Shown: positions 1 through 12,573 of the stretch, one piece after another
How positions within the stretch are numbered: position 1 is the first letter of the stretch
How the letters are laid out: every line of letters begins with the position of its first letter
NCBI GenBank assembly: GCA_963848295.1
Contig: CAWKDB010000010.1
Span: 672,001 to 736,000 of the forward strand
From: an uncultured delta proteobacterium
GTDB taxonomy: Bacteria; Myxococcota_A; Polyangia; Haliangiales; Haliangiaceae
Direction of reading: 5' to 3'
DNA: 64,000 nt
Translations under genes and position numbers: made by a program
Notes under the pieces: generated by a model
What the model was told of the DNA's origin: nothing
The model's database searches: none
The model's input: the letters and a program-made list of their open reading frames with translations, nothing else

Positions 1-970
1 GCCGATGTTCGAGCGCGCGGGGTTTCCGCACGTCCATCCCGAGCCGTCGCAGGACCAGCCCGATCCAGATTTTCCGACCGTCGCGTTTCCGAATCCCGAG
101 GAGCAAGGCGCGATGGACCGCGTGCTCGCGCTCGCCCGCAACGTCAAGGCGCAGCTCGTGCTCGCGAACGATCCGGACGCCGACCGGCTGTGCGTGGCGG
201 TGCCGGAAGGTGCTGGCTACCGCGTGCTCACCGGCGATCAAGTCGGCGCGCTGCTCGCGGACTTCCTGCTCGAGGTCACGCCGAAGGATCGCCGGCTCGT
301 CGCGACGACGATCGTATCGTCGCAGCTGCTGTCGCACCTCGCGCGCGCCGCGGGCGCGGACTATCGCGAGACCTTGACCGGCTTCAAGTGGCTCGGCAAC
401 GCCGCGATGGACTTCGAGCGTACGACCGGCGGTCGATTCGTGCTCGGCTACGAAGAGGCGCTCGGCTACTCGGTCGGGCCGCTCGTGCGCGACAAGGACG
501 GGATCTCGGCGTGCCTGATCTTCGCCGAGCTCGTCCTGTGGAACCGGGCGCGCGGCCGGAGCGTGCTCGAGCACCTCGACGACATCTATCGCCGGGTCGG
601 GTTGTTCGTCACCCAGCAGGTCTCGCTCACCAGGCCGGGCGCCGACGGGCTCGCGCAGATCGCCGCGACGATGCAGCGCGTACGCGCCCATCCGCCGACC
701 GAGATCGCCGGCTATCGCGTCGTGGAGGTCGCCGATCTACAACATGGCGCCGGCGGCTTGCCGCCGTCCGACGTGCTCGTGTTCCGACTCGATCGCGCCG
801 GTCGGATCATCATGCGACCGAGCGGCACCGAGCCGAAGCTGAAGAGCTACTACGAAGTCCGGACCGAGCTCGCCGCCGGCGAGGCGATGGCGGCGGCGAA
901 GGCGCGCGCTCAGGCCGAGCTCGTCGCGCTGCGCGACGCGCATCAGCGCCTGCTCGCTACAGCGCGTTGA
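1..970 (+). CDS. Phospho-sugar mutase (PGM/PMM family), 5'-truncated by the window
   Basis: Metal loop DPDADR, GYEEALG sugar-binding loop, C-terminal RPSGTEPKLKSY. Confidence 0.92.
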   Translation, partial: PMFERAGFPHVHPEPSQDQPDPDFPTVAFPNPEEQGAMDRVLALARNVKAQLVLANDPDADRLCVAVPEGAGYRVLTGDQVGALLADFLLEVTPKDRRLVATTIVSSQLLSHLARAAGADYRETLTGFKWLGNAAMDFERTTGGRFVLGYEEALGYSVGPLVRDKDGISACLIFAELVLWNRARGRSVLEHLDDIYRRVGLFVTQQVSLTRPGADGLAQIAATMQRVRAHPPTEIAGYRVVEVADLQHGAGGLPPSDVLVFRLDRAGRIIMRPSGTEPKLKSYYEVRTELAAGEAMAAAKARAQAELVALRDAHQRLLATAR

Positions 971-1676
971 CCGCGCCCGGCGTCGGCGTCGTACAGAACT
1001 TCCAGTCGGTCGCGGCATCGTCGGTGTCTTGCCCGTTCGGCGACCGGCACAGCGAGCCATCGACCGTGTTCGAGTCGGCGATGGTGGTCGGCGTGCCTTC
1101 GACGAGCGAGACCATGCCCATGCCGCTGATCGCGACCGAGGTCATCGCGCCTTCGTACGACAGCGCATCGACCAGCGTCGCGTTCGACGTGTCGACGAGC
1201 GCGACGCCATCCGGCGAGCCGTTCTGGATCGCGTTGGTCGTCCAGCTGTACATCGCGGTCGCGCCGGCGGCGACGCTGACCGCGCTATCGGCGACCACGA
1301 GGTAACCACCGGACGCGAGCGCGGGCTCGGACGACAGGTCGACCGTCGTGTACACCGCGCCGTTCGCGCCGTTGACGAGCTCGACCATGATGCCGGTGAG
1401 ATCGATCGACGCCGGCGTCGGATTGAAGATCTCGACGAACTCCTTGGTGTCGGTGCCGACCTCGTCGTAGTCGATCTCGTTGATCACGAGGTGCGTGCCG
1501 GTCAAGCCTTGGGTCTGCGGCGCATCGAGGTCCGGGTCGTGCGCCGCATCGGGGCTCGAGCCGCGGGGCGCGTCCGGTCGTCCGTTCGGGCTGCTCGCAT
1601 CGGGATTCGCCTTGAACGAATCGGCCTGCGCGCACGCCCCCAGCGTCAGTGCCACGATCACATAGCGGCTCAGCAC
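957..1676 (-). CDS. Lamin-tail-domain lipoprotein
   Basis: 3' part of ORF 957..3329; GTG at 1676 gives signal peptide with lipobox LGAC; LVINEIDYD...EFVEIFNPT and terminal TPTPGAVN are typical of bacterial lamin-tail domains. Confidence 0.75.
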   Translation of the reverse strand: MLSRYVIVALTLGACAQADSFKANPDASSPNGRPDAPRGSSPDAAHDPDLDAPQTQGLTGTHLVINEIDYDEVGTDTKEFVEIFNPTPASIDLTGIMVELVNGANGAVYTTVDLSSEPALASGGYLVVADSAVSVAAGATAMYSWTTNAIQNGSPDGVALVDTSNATLVDALSYEGAMTSVAISGMGMVSLVEGTPTTIADSNTVDGSLCRSPNGQDTDDAATDWKFCTTPTPGAVNAL

Positions 1677-1790
1677 GGTGGTGCGATACCGCGGGGCCCA
1701 TTCCCCCGGCAAGCACAATGATCTGACTGCACCTCTCCTAACTGCGACGCACTTTGGTAGGGTGATCCCGCCCCACGCAAGGAGCCCATC

Positions 1791-2357
1791 GTGAGTGAAG
1801 TTACCCTCGAAGAGCGCGGTAAAGCCCTGGAAAACCAGTTCTACGACAAAGAGAACCAGGCCAAGCTCGCGACGATGAAAGACCAGCTCGACAGCCAGCG
1901 CTCGCGGGACGAGTTGCGCAAGGCATCGGGGATGTCCGACGAAGCCGTGCTCGAGCGGCTCGTCGCGCTCGGGTTGCGTGGCAATACGATCGCAGCGCTG
2001 TCGCTCGTTCCGCTGATCCAGGTCGCGTGGGCCGACGGCGAGGTCCAGGACAACGAGCGCACCGCGATCCTCCAGGGCGCGCATGGCAAGGGGCTCGAGA
2101 AGGGCACGCCGGGCTACGAGCTGCTCTCGACCTGGCTCGCGAAGCCGCCGGGCGACGAGCTGATGGTCGCGTGGGAGGCGTACATCACGGCGCTCGCGTC
2201 GCAGCTCAACGACGAGCAGAACCGCCTGTTGCGCAACCAGATCGTAGGGTTCGCGAAGATGGTCGCGGGCGCGGCGGGTGGCTTCCTCGGCATCGGCAAA
2301 GTGTCGGCATCGGAGGAGAAGGTGTTGCACCGGATCGAAGCGGCCTTCGAGCGCTAG
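1791..2357 (+). CDS. TerB-like protein with charged N-terminal helix
   Basis: AAGGAG RBS; VAWADGEVQDNER and KVSASEEKVL are TerB-like motifs. Confidence 0.65.
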   Translation: MSEVTLEERGKALENQFYDKENQAKLATMKDQLDSQRSRDELRKASGMSDEAVLERLVALGLRGNTIAALSLVPLIQVAWADGEVQDNERTAILQGAHGKGLEKGTPGYELLSTWLAKPPGDELMVAWEAYITALASQLNDEQNRLLRNQIVGFAKMVAGAAGGFLGIGKVSASEEKVLHRIEAAFER

Positions 2358-2360
2358 CTC

Positions 2361-3347
2361 GTGAACCTGCTCGGCAAGACTGGCGTCAAGGTCTCGCGCA
2401 TCGCGCTCGGTGCGATGTCGTTCGGCGGCGATGCCGACGAGGCTGCCTCCGGGCGAATCTGGCGCGCCGCGCGCGATGCCGGCGTCAACTTCGTCGACAC
2501 CGCCGACGTCTACAACGAAGGCCGGTCCGAGCAATTTCTCGGCAGGCTGATCGGCGCCGAGCGCGACGATCTCGTCCTCGCGAGCAAGGCGTACTTCCCC
2601 ACCGGGCCCGGTGCGAACTCGCGCGGCGCCTCGCGCTATCACCTCGTGCGTGCGGTCGAAGCGAGCTTGCGCCGGCTCGCGACCGATCGCATCGACCTGT
2701 ACTACGTGCATCGCTTCGACGATGCGACCGACGTCGGCGAGACGTTGCGCGCGCTCGACGACCTGGTCCGCGCCGGCAAGATCCTCTACCCCGCGTGCTC
2801 GAACTTCGCCGCCTGGCAGGTCGCGCACGCGCTCGGCGTGGCGGCCGCGCACGGCCTCGCCCCGTTCGTCGCGATCCAGCCGATGTACAACCTGGTCAAG
2901 CGCGCGGCCGAGATCGAGATCCTGCCGATGGCCCACGCGCTCGGGCTCGCGGTCGTGCCGTACAGCCCGACCGGCGGTGGCCTGCTCACCGGCAAGTACG
3001 GTGCGGGCAAGCGCCCCGACCACGGCCGGTTGCGCGACTGGAAGATGTACGAGACGCGCTACGGCGATCCCGCGTGCTACACGACCGCGGATGCGTTCTG
3101 TGCGCTCGCCGCGGAGCTCGGTCATGCACCGACGACGCTCGCGATCGCCTGGGTCGCCTCGCATCCGGCGGTGACGAGCGTGTTGGTCGGCGGCCGAGAC
3201 GAGCACCAGCTCGCGCCGGCGTTTGCCGCCGGCGATCTGCGCCTCGATCCGGCGACCCGCGCGCGGATCAGCGCGCTCTCCGCCGAGCCTCCGCCCGCGA
3301 CCGATCGCAACGAAGAGAGCACCGCGCACAACTACGGCACGCGCTAA
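2361..3347 (+). CDS. Aldo/keto reductase
   Basis: LGKTGVKVSRIALGAMSFG, DTADVY, SLRRLATDRIDLYYVH, QPMYNL, YSPTGGGLLTGKY. Confidence 0.95.
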   Translation: MNLLGKTGVKVSRIALGAMSFGGDADEAASGRIWRAARDAGVNFVDTADVYNEGRSEQFLGRLIGAERDDLVLASKAYFPTGPGANSRGASRYHLVRAVEASLRRLATDRIDLYYVHRFDDATDVGETLRALDDLVRAGKILYPACSNFAAWQVAHALGVAAAHGLAPFVAIQPMYNLVKRAAEIEILPMAHALGLAVVPYSPTGGGLLTGKYGAGKRPDHGRLRDWKMYETRYGDPACYTTADAFCALAAELGHAPTTLAIAWVASHPAVTSVLVGGRDEHQLAPAFAAGDLRLDPATRARISALSAEPPPATDRNEESTAHNYGTR

Positions 3348-3357
3348 GCGACTCTCT

Positions 3358-3606
3358 CTACGAGGATGCGCCCTTCGGCGGAGCGGAACGCGTTGACGAA
3401 GTGGTCGGTGAGCGTGAATGCACGCTTGTTCGACGCGCGCCGTCGCGAGGGCTGTACCCCACGAGGCCGAGCAGCTCCGGCGAAACGGTCGTCATCGTGG
3501 CGCCGGTGTCGAGCAACATCCGCGCAGTCGTCGTCCCTCGCGGGCCGACGATGTTCGCCTCGACGACGATCAGCTTGCCGGCGTCGAAGAGTGTCTCATG
3601 TCTCAT
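3358..3606 (-). pseudogene. Retropepsin-like (clan AA) aspartic protease, apparently 3'-truncated
   Basis: ATG at 3606; LLDTGATMTTVS catalytic motif; similarity lost after ~65 aa, second ILG-type motif absent. Confidence 0.6.
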
Positions 3607-3886
3607 CTTCGACGATCGCTCGGATGATGGGAGGTGGGGCCCTGAGTGTTCCCGTGTAAAAATGGCCGATCGTCGAATACCGACTCCACCAGGCCTTCGC
3701 CTGCACGATCGGCTCGCGCTTCGTCTTGCCGTGGCCAATAACCCGCGCGGTCGAGATCCTCACGTCGTTCGGTCGACCGTGCGCGATCTCGACGAGGCAC
3801 ACCCACTCGTCTGGATGGCGCTCGCAGATCTCCGGCCATGTGAGGGTGTCGGAGATCGCAGATTCACACTTCTCGGCAGAGACCAC
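3596..3886 (-). CDS. Small hypothetical protein overlapping the aspartic protease gene
   Basis: LTWPEICERHPDEWVCL motif; stop overlaps the protease start region. Confidence 0.6.
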   Translation of the reverse strand: MVSAEKCESAISDTLTWPEICERHPDEWVCLVEIAHGRPNDVRISTARVIGHGKTKREPIVQAKAWWSRYSTIGHFYTGTLRAPPPIIRAIVEDET

Positions 3887-3942
3887 GTGACCATCGTCGG
3901 CTCGGCGCGATGTCTGTCAAGTTTTCGGCAAAGCGGTCGAAC

Positions 3943-4380
3943 TTAGATCGTGTTCGGGATCGCGCCCCAGATGATCGCGAGCCACGCGGCGCCGCTCAGC
4001 ATCGCGATCACGCCGACGACCGGCTGAGCCGGCGCGAGCGCCCGGCCGACTCGCTCACCTTGGGCGCCGAGCGCCAGCGCGCCGAGCATCACGCCGAGCA
4101 CCACCGCGCACACGACGCCGACGAGATCGACCGTTGCGAACACCGGCGTGTGGATCAGCGCGGAGACGAGCCCCGGCGCGAGCCACGCGATCCGCCACAG
4201 CCCGCAGAACAACAACGCCGCACCGATCAGGGACCGGTACGGTGCGACCGCGGCGATCACGTCGGCGACGCGCGATCTGCGCGCGATACCGAGGGACGAC
4301 GCCGCGAGCAGACCGCCGAGCATCAACAGGAGCGGAACGACGTAGAGCAGATAACTCCGTTCCGCTTCGGCGACTGCCAA
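3943..4380 (-). CDS. Four-TM membrane protein, paralog of 4400..4825
   Basis: Hydrophobic segments; LLMLGGLLAASSL aligns with LLILGGILAASSL in the neighbour. Confidence 0.7.
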   Translation of the reverse strand: MAVAEAERSYLLYVVPLLLMLGGLLAASSLGIARRSRVADVIAAVAPYRSLIGAALLFCGLWRIAWLAPGLVSALIHTPVFATVDLVGVVCAVVLGVMLGALALGAQGERVGRALAPAQPVVGVIAMLSGAAWLAIIWGAIPNTI

Positions 4381-4399
4381 TCCAGTACGCGAGAGCGAG

Positions 4400-4825
4400 C
4401 TACGGCTTCAGGATACCCCAGATGAACAGCAGGCCGAGCACCGCCGAGCCGATCGCGATCAGGCCGATGATCACCTGGAACGGCGCCAGCTTCTTGGCCA
4501 TCTGCTCGCCCTTCGCCGCACCCGACGCCGACATCTTCGCCAGCATCGGCATGCCGAACATGATGCCGAGCAGGACCGAGGTGGCGAGCATCGCGATGAT
4601 GTCGATGCCGAGCAGCGGCGCGGCCTTGATGACGTCGATGGCGTACTTTGGTCCGATGCGGATGAAGTTGTAGATGCCCCAGACCAGCAGGATGATGCCG
4701 ATCGTCGCCTGATACGGCGCGATCTTCGCGATCATCTCTTTCGCGTCGGGCTTCTTCGCTACGATCAGGCTAGAGGCCGCGAGAATACCGCCAAGAATGA
4801 GCAGGAATGGTTCTATGTAATCCAT
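4400..4825 (-). CDS. Four-TM membrane protein
   Basis: ATG with GGGGGA upstream; four hydrophobic helices; strong GC3 bias. Confidence 0.8.
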   Translation of the reverse strand: MDYIEPFLLILGGILAASSLIVAKKPDAKEMIAKIAPYQATIGIILLVWGIYNFIRIGPKYAIDVIKAAPLLGIDIIAMLATSVLLGIMFGMPMLAKMSASGAAKGEQMAKKLAPFQVIIGLIAIGSAVLGLLFIWGILKP

Positions 4826-4910
4826 CGGTCGTCCCCCAAAGCCGGCGTTGATCGCGGCTGGGAGAAATCGTATCGGCTCGCGCTACAGCAATCAATGCGG
4901 CCGCCTCACT

Positions 4911-6593
4911 TCAATACGCATCCGCCATCATCAAATTGACTTGCGGGCGCCCTTGATAACGCCTGCGACCTGCGGTCCGGAGCTCACCTACACCGTCGCC
5001 GACGAGACGATCGAGCTCGTCGCGCCAGCGCTTGGCTAACTCGGGGTCCGCGCCCGCCGCGGCGCGAGATCCCCACAGCAACAACTGACCGCGGCGATAG
5101 GCTTCGACCTCTTCGCCGAGGCCGGCGTGAACATGGACGATCGCGCGGTCGCGGGCGCCATCGGCGAGCGCGAGCCACGCCGCCGATAGGCGAAGCGATG
5201 GATCGGCGGGAGCGAGCGCGACCGCGCGCTCGATCGCCGCGCGTGCCGCGGACACGTCGTGATCGTGCTCGTAGGCCCGAACCGCCTCGCGAACGTGAAG
5301 CGTCGCCGGCGCGTGGGGCCGCGCGAGGTCACACGGCGCGACCCGAAACCGCGAAGCCGGTGCCACGCCGTCGTGATCGGCGGTCCAGCCACCGGCCGGC
5401 CCGTCCCAGCTCCAGCCGACCTCGGCCCATTGCCCCTCGCAGCACGGTGCGCGATCGATGCCGACCCAGGCCCGCATCGCCGCCGGCTCGACGACGGCGC
5501 TATGGACGTTCGTCGGCTGCGCGACGATGGCGCCGAGGTGACGCTCGCGGTCGGGCGCGGCGGGATCGCGGCGATCGCCGAGCATCGCGACGAGCTTGCG
5601 CGGCGTGAGCGGTCGTTCGGCGGCGAGCTCGGTCAGCCGGCGTTCGCGGCGCTGCGAGTGAAGACCCCACGCGGCCGACGCCGCGAGCTCGCCGGCGACG
5701 AGCGACGGCGTGCGATAGTGGTTGTTGCACACCAGCGTCGACGCTCCCGGCGCGGGCCGCACGACCTCGAGCTGCGGCCCGGCGAGCTCGAGCACGAGCG
5801 CGGCCTGCTCGCGTGCGCTGCCGATCGCGATGCCCCACGTCGACGACGCCGGATATTCGCGCGCGATCGCGATCGCATCGGCGAGCGTCTCGGCCCGGCG
5901 CGCGAGCTCGTGGATGACGTCGACGATCATCGCGCCTCGCCACGTCACGCCGCGATGCCAGCGCGTGTGCGGCGCGAACACGAGCCCGGCTTCGTTGACC
6001 ACGGTCACGACTGGCGCGTCCCCGCCCTTCGCGGTGAAAAAGCCGTAGCGCTGGCCGCGATCCGGCGCGCACACGACGAACGCGGGCGCCACGTCCCACA
6101 CGCCGACGCCCGGGAAATCGAAGTTGCGCGCGAACAGCAGCTCGCCGTTCGCGGTCGCGTCGCCCCAGGCGATCACGGTCGAGCACGCCGGCACCGCCGC
6201 GGCGGTCGCGCGCGCGATCAACTTGCGATCGAACGGGCCCAGACCGCCCCGCGCGGCGAGCGCGACGCAGTTCTGCAGCGAGTCCATCGTCGCGAGCGCG
6301 CGCATGCCGGCGTCGACCTCGCGCAGGTCCACCGCCTCGACATACGCGCGTGACCTCGCGAGTAGCGCAGCCGGACGATCGCGGACGAGCCGCGCCTGCC
6401 ACGCGTGCGACAACGCACGGACCGCGCACCGCGCGACGACGCCACCGGCACCAGGCGCGCCGCCGACGAGCACGCGCTCGGGCATCGACCGGTAGAACGC
6501 GAGCAAGCGCCGCGCTTCGTCGCCGGCGAGCCGGCCATGTTGCGCGCCCATGTCGGGCTGAGCGCCGGTCAAACGAGCGAGCCAGAGCGGCAT
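4911..6593 (-). CDS. Peptidase C45 / acyl-CoA:6-APA acyltransferase-like Ntn hydrolase with C-terminal TPR-like region
   Basis: MGAQHG, autocleavage site AC-STVIAWG, LLFARNFDF, VNEAGL, CNNHY. Confidence 0.8.
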   Translation of the reverse strand: MPLWLARLTGAQPDMGAQHGRLAGDEARRLLAFYRSMPERVLVGGAPGAGGVVARCAVRALSHAWQARLVRDRPAALLARSRAYVEAVDLREVDAGMRALATMDSLQNCVALAARGGLGPFDRKLIARATAAAVPACSTVIAWGDATANGELLFARNFDFPGVGVWDVAPAFVVCAPDRGQRYGFFTAKGGDAPVVTVVNEAGLVFAPHTRWHRGVTWRGAMIVDVIHELARRAETLADAIAIAREYPASSTWGIAIGSAREQAALVLELAGPQLEVVRPAPGASTLVCNNHYRTPSLVAGELAASAAWGLHSQRRERRLTELAAERPLTPRKLVAMLGDRRDPAAPDRERHLGAIVAQPTNVHSAVVEPAAMRAWVGIDRAPCCEGQWAEVGWSWDGPAGGWTADHDGVAPASRFRVAPCDLARPHAPATLHVREAVRAYEHDHDVSAARAAIERAVALAPADPSLRLSAAWLALADGARDRAIVHVHAGLGEEVEAYRRGQLLLWGSRAAAGADPELAKRWRDELDRLVGDGVGELRTAGRRRYQGRPQVNLMMADAY

Positions 6594-6783
6594 TTGCGCG
6601 GAATTCTGCCACTAAACCGCGGCCGTGAACGGGGCCTTCGATCCAAAAAAGTCGGCCGTCGTTGCTCGCCGGACCGCCGAACGATCGACGGAGCTCGGGG
6701 CGGGAAGTCCGGCGGATATTTCGCCGTAAGAGGACCATGCGGGAGCCAACCTCCGCGTTCGTCGTGTACGCTGCTTCGCGATC

Positions 6784-7395
6784 GTGGAGCTGAGCGTGAC
6801 GCGCGACGATGTGGTGCTTCAGCGACCGGAAGACATGCGCTTCCTGGTGCCGGTGTTTCATACGCCGACCGCATGTGCGGGCGCGGCGACCGCGTATCTC
6901 CTCCGCCGGATCGCCTACCGCGCGGGCTCGTACGCCCCCGGCATTCAGGAGCACATCTTCCACGAGCTCAACACCTCGCGCGAAGGCGGCTCGATCGAGC
7001 GCGTCCAGGGCTGGTTCTCCCGGCGTTCGACCGCGCTGGCCGAGCTCGGCTATCGCCTGCAATGCCGGCGCGTCGCGGCTCAGACCCCGGAGTTGCTCGG
7101 CTGGGTCAAGGAAGGCCGCGGCTATCGCGGCGCGATGCTGGCGACCAACTACGGCAAGCTCCATCCGCCTGGCTCGTCGGGCAAGGACGTCCTCGACGAA
7201 GCCGTGGTCCACGCGGTCGGCATCACGGTCGATCGGCTCGACGCGAAGACCGACGAACAGCTCGTGATGATCGATCCGTGGCCAGGGGTGATCGGCGATG
7301 CGCCCGATCGCGGCAAGGTGTCGCCCGCGCTCGAAGCGGCACACCGAGCGCGCAACTACCACGCGCTCGTCTTCTACTGGTCCGGCTGGTCGTAG
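6784..7395 (+). CDS. Hypothetical protein, possible C39/papain-like peptidase fold
   Basis: TACAGAATAYLL, HAVGI and MIDPW in the order of a Cys-His-Asp triad. Confidence 0.55.
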   Translation: MELSVTRDDVVLQRPEDMRFLVPVFHTPTACAGAATAYLLRRIAYRAGSYAPGIQEHIFHELNTSREGGSIERVQGWFSRRSTALAELGYRLQCRRVAAQTPELLGWVKEGRGYRGAMLATNYGKLHPPGSSGKDVLDEAVVHAVGITVDRLDAKTDEQLVMIDPWPGVIGDAPDRGKVSPALEAAHRARNYHALVFYWSGWS

Positions 7396-7508
7396 AGCGA
7401 TTCGCGACATCGCTGCCCGGGTTTTCGATGAATGCGCTTTCTCGCCCGGGCTAACCGCGCGCGGGCGCTTCGCGACCGCGTGGTCCGGTTGCTGCTGATG
7501 CGGCCGGA

Positions 7509-8021
7509 ATGCATAAGTTAGCTCTCTTCACCACGTTCGTACTCGCTGTGGGCTGCGCGTCGAAGCCGGGTTCGGGCTCGGGCTCGGATGGTCCCGACTC
7601 GGGAGTTGCGGCGGCCTGCGCCCCCCACGGGTTCGAGATCTCGGGCGCGATGTCGTTCACGAGCGCGGTGTCGACGACCGCGACCCGCGACGGCGCGGTC
7701 ATCGGCGTGGTCGGCTTCGACACCACCGCGGCGTACGGCCTGTCGATCTACGACTCGCTGACCGCCGACCTCGACGGCGTCGGCGCGCATGACATCAGCA
7801 CGGCGCACGTCGACTTCCTCGAGATGCCGCCGAGCGGCGTGTGCGGTACGCCCGGCACGTGTCCCGGGTTCGTCGCGACGTCGGGTAGCTTCGTGGTCAG
7901 CTCGACGAGCCCGTATGCCGCGACATTCACGCTCGGCGATCTCTACGCCTACGACGGGTCGTCGACCGCGGTCGGCGCGGCGATGGCCGGTCAGGTCACG
8001 GGCTGCGTCGCGGTCGAGTAG
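7509..8021 (+). CDS. Lipoprotein of unknown function
   Basis: Signal peptide with lipobox AVGC, Gly/Ser linker. Confidence 0.75.
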   Translation: MHKLALFTTFVLAVGCASKPGSGSGSDGPDSGVAAACAPHGFEISGAMSFTSAVSTTATRDGAVIGVVGFDTTAAYGLSIYDSLTADLDGVGAHDISTAHVDFLEMPPSGVCGTPGTCPGFVATSGSFVVSSTSPYAATFTLGDLYAYDGSSTAVGAAMAGQVTGCVAVE

Positions 8022-8027
8022 CAACGG

Positions 8028-9245
8028 TCATCGCCGGACGAGCACGATGCCGTGAGTGGCCGTCGCATCTCCGACGAGCGCGAGCGAACCGTCGAGGAAG
8101 CCACGCCAGACCGCGCCGAGGACGTCGCGGCGCCAGGTCGCGAGTGCGGGCAGCGCGGCGGTCGAGCCGAGGCCAGCTTCGTCGGCGGTCCGCGCGAACT
8201 CCTCGGCGTCGCCGCGGGTCGCGAGCAGGCGCGATGCGATCCGCGTGTCATCGGCGACGACGTGGGCGATCGCGAGCAGCAGCTCGGCCCAGCGTTGCGC
8301 GCGCATGCTCGGTGGATGCGACGGCTGCCGGGCGATCGCGTCGACCGCGCTGACGTCGGCGTTCGCGATCGCGTCCGCGATCTCGCCGGCGCGTTGCCGC
8401 GCGATCGGCGAGAGGCCCTTGGCGTTGCGCACCGCATTGCCGTCCGCGCGATGGCGCGCGAGCTCGATCAGCAGCTTCTCGGCGAGCACCTGGCCGAGCG
8501 GGCGATCGAGCTCGGTCGCGGTCCGAAACCGCCACGCCGCGAGCGCGACCCCAGCGGCGAGCCCAGCGCGATCGAGCATGCGCAAGCCGGCGATGCCACG
8601 CCACGCGGTCTCGACCGTCACGCTCGCCGCCTCGAGCGCATCGCGCGCGACCTCGGCGGTCTCTTCGCGCGCCCAGGCGACGCGCTCGCCGAGCTTGTCG
8701 CGCAGCAGCGCGTAGATCGCGTGCAGATGCGCGACGTCACCGGGCGCATAGTCGAGCTGCGCCGGCGACAACGGCCGGCGCGCCCAGTTCGTGCACTGCG
8801 AGCCCTTCTCGAGCTCGATGCCGAGCAGCTCGCGCGCGAGCGAGCCGAGCCCGACCTGATCGCCGATGCCGGCGAACGCGGCCATCAACTGCGTGTCGAC
8901 GAGGCCGGGCATCGTCGCGGCGTCGAGCCCGAACCGCTGCGCGAGCACCTGGAGGTCTTGGCGCGGCGCGTGCGCGACGACCATGCGATGCGCGGCGAGC
9001 GCGCGTACGACCGGCGCGACGTCGACCGCGAGCGGATCGAGCAGCCGGATCTCGGGCACCGCCGCGACGATCTGCCGCGCCGGCGCATCCAAGCTGACGT
9101 GCTCGCCCAACCACGCGACTTGAAGCAGGCACAGCTGCGGGACGAGCCGGTCCGACGACGCGAACTCGACATCGAACGCGACGAGCGGCGCGGTCGCGAG
9201 CGCCCGAGCCGTCGCGTCGACGTCGCCGACCTCTGTCACGAGCAC
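8028..9245 (-). CDS. rnd: Ribonuclease D (DEDDy exonuclease + HRDC)
   Basis: VAFDVEF, LCLLQVA, HAPRQDL, DTQLMA, NWARRPLSPAQLDYA; GTG start at 9245 inferred. Confidence 0.88.
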   Translation of the reverse strand: MLVTEVGDVDATARALATAPLVAFDVEFASSDRLVPQLCLLQVAWLGEHVSLDAPARQIVAAVPEIRLLDPLAVDVAPVVRALAAHRMVVAHAPRQDLQVLAQRFGLDAATMPGLVDTQLMAAFAGIGDQVGLGSLARELLGIELEKGSQCTNWARRPLSPAQLDYAPGDVAHLHAIYALLRDKLGERVAWAREETAEVARDALEAASVTVETAWRGIAGLRMLDRAGLAAGVALAAWRFRTATELDRPLGQVLAEKLLIELARHRADGNAVRNAKGLSPIARQRAGEIADAIANADVSAVDAIARQPSHPPSMRAQRWAELLLAIAHVVADDTRIASRLLATRGDAEEFARTADEAGLGSTAALPALATWRRDVLGAVWRGFLDGSLALVGDATATHGIVLVRR

Positions 9246-9307
9246 GGCCCACGATAACCCGCCCGCACGGCGCTCTGTTAGATTCGCAACCACCGAGGCA
9301 TGCATCA

Positions 9308-12099
<2,792 letters not shown>

Positions 12100-12118
<19 letters not shown>

Positions 12119-12158
12119 TCAACAGGCAACAGGCAACAGGCAACAGGCAGATGCCGGA
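12100..12158. repeat. Left inverted repeat: GAAGAAATTGATCAATTGATC(AACAGGC)4AGATGCCGGA
   Basis: Reverse complement of 12518..12568, differing by one heptamer unit and one base. Confidence 0.95.
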
Positions 12159-12195
12159 GGTTTGCGGTGCCATGGATGGGCGTTGACGGTTTGGG

Positions 12196-12525
12196 TTAGC
12201 CGCCGGCGCGTGCGGTTCGGCGCGAGGCCATGAGGATCGCTGAGAGCTCGATGGCTTCGCTGCGGCACGTGCGACACCGGCAGGCTCGGCCAGCCCTTGC
12301 TCGATGAGGTTCAGCCAGTAGATCGTTTCGCGGAACTCTTTGCATGCGATGCCGACCTTGTGGATAAAGTCGGCCCGGCTCTCGGCCGCGCGCAGCTGCC
12401 TCACGATCGAGATGATGTCGGCCGCGACCCCCGTCGCGCGACGCGAAATGTTCTCGCCTCGTCGCAACGCGCTGCGCGCGCGCTCGTGCACGGCATCCTC
12501 GGCCAGCCTCCGCGCTATCCGGCAT
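12196..12525 (-). pseudogene. Four-helix-bundle protein (TIGR02436 / 23S-IVS / Avd-like), degenerate
   Basis: AAESRADFIHKVGIACKEFRETIYWLNLI, then EAIELSAILMASRRTA in a second frame; the usual segment between QL and RAAES appears missing. Confidence 0.8.
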
Positions 12526-12568
12526 TGCCTGTTGCCTGTTGCCTGTTGATCAATTGATCAATTTCTTC
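12518..12568. repeat. Right inverted repeat: TCCGGCATT(GCCTGTT)3GATCAATTGATCAATTTCTTC
   Basis: Direct reading; pairs with 12100..12158. Confidence 0.95.
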
Positions 12569-12573
12569 TCCCC

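Noticed and set aside
1677..3329. N-terminal 550 aa of the 790-aa minus-strand ORF and similar long Arg/Ala-rich ORFs
   Set aside because: Antisense shadows of real genes, expected in high-GC DNA
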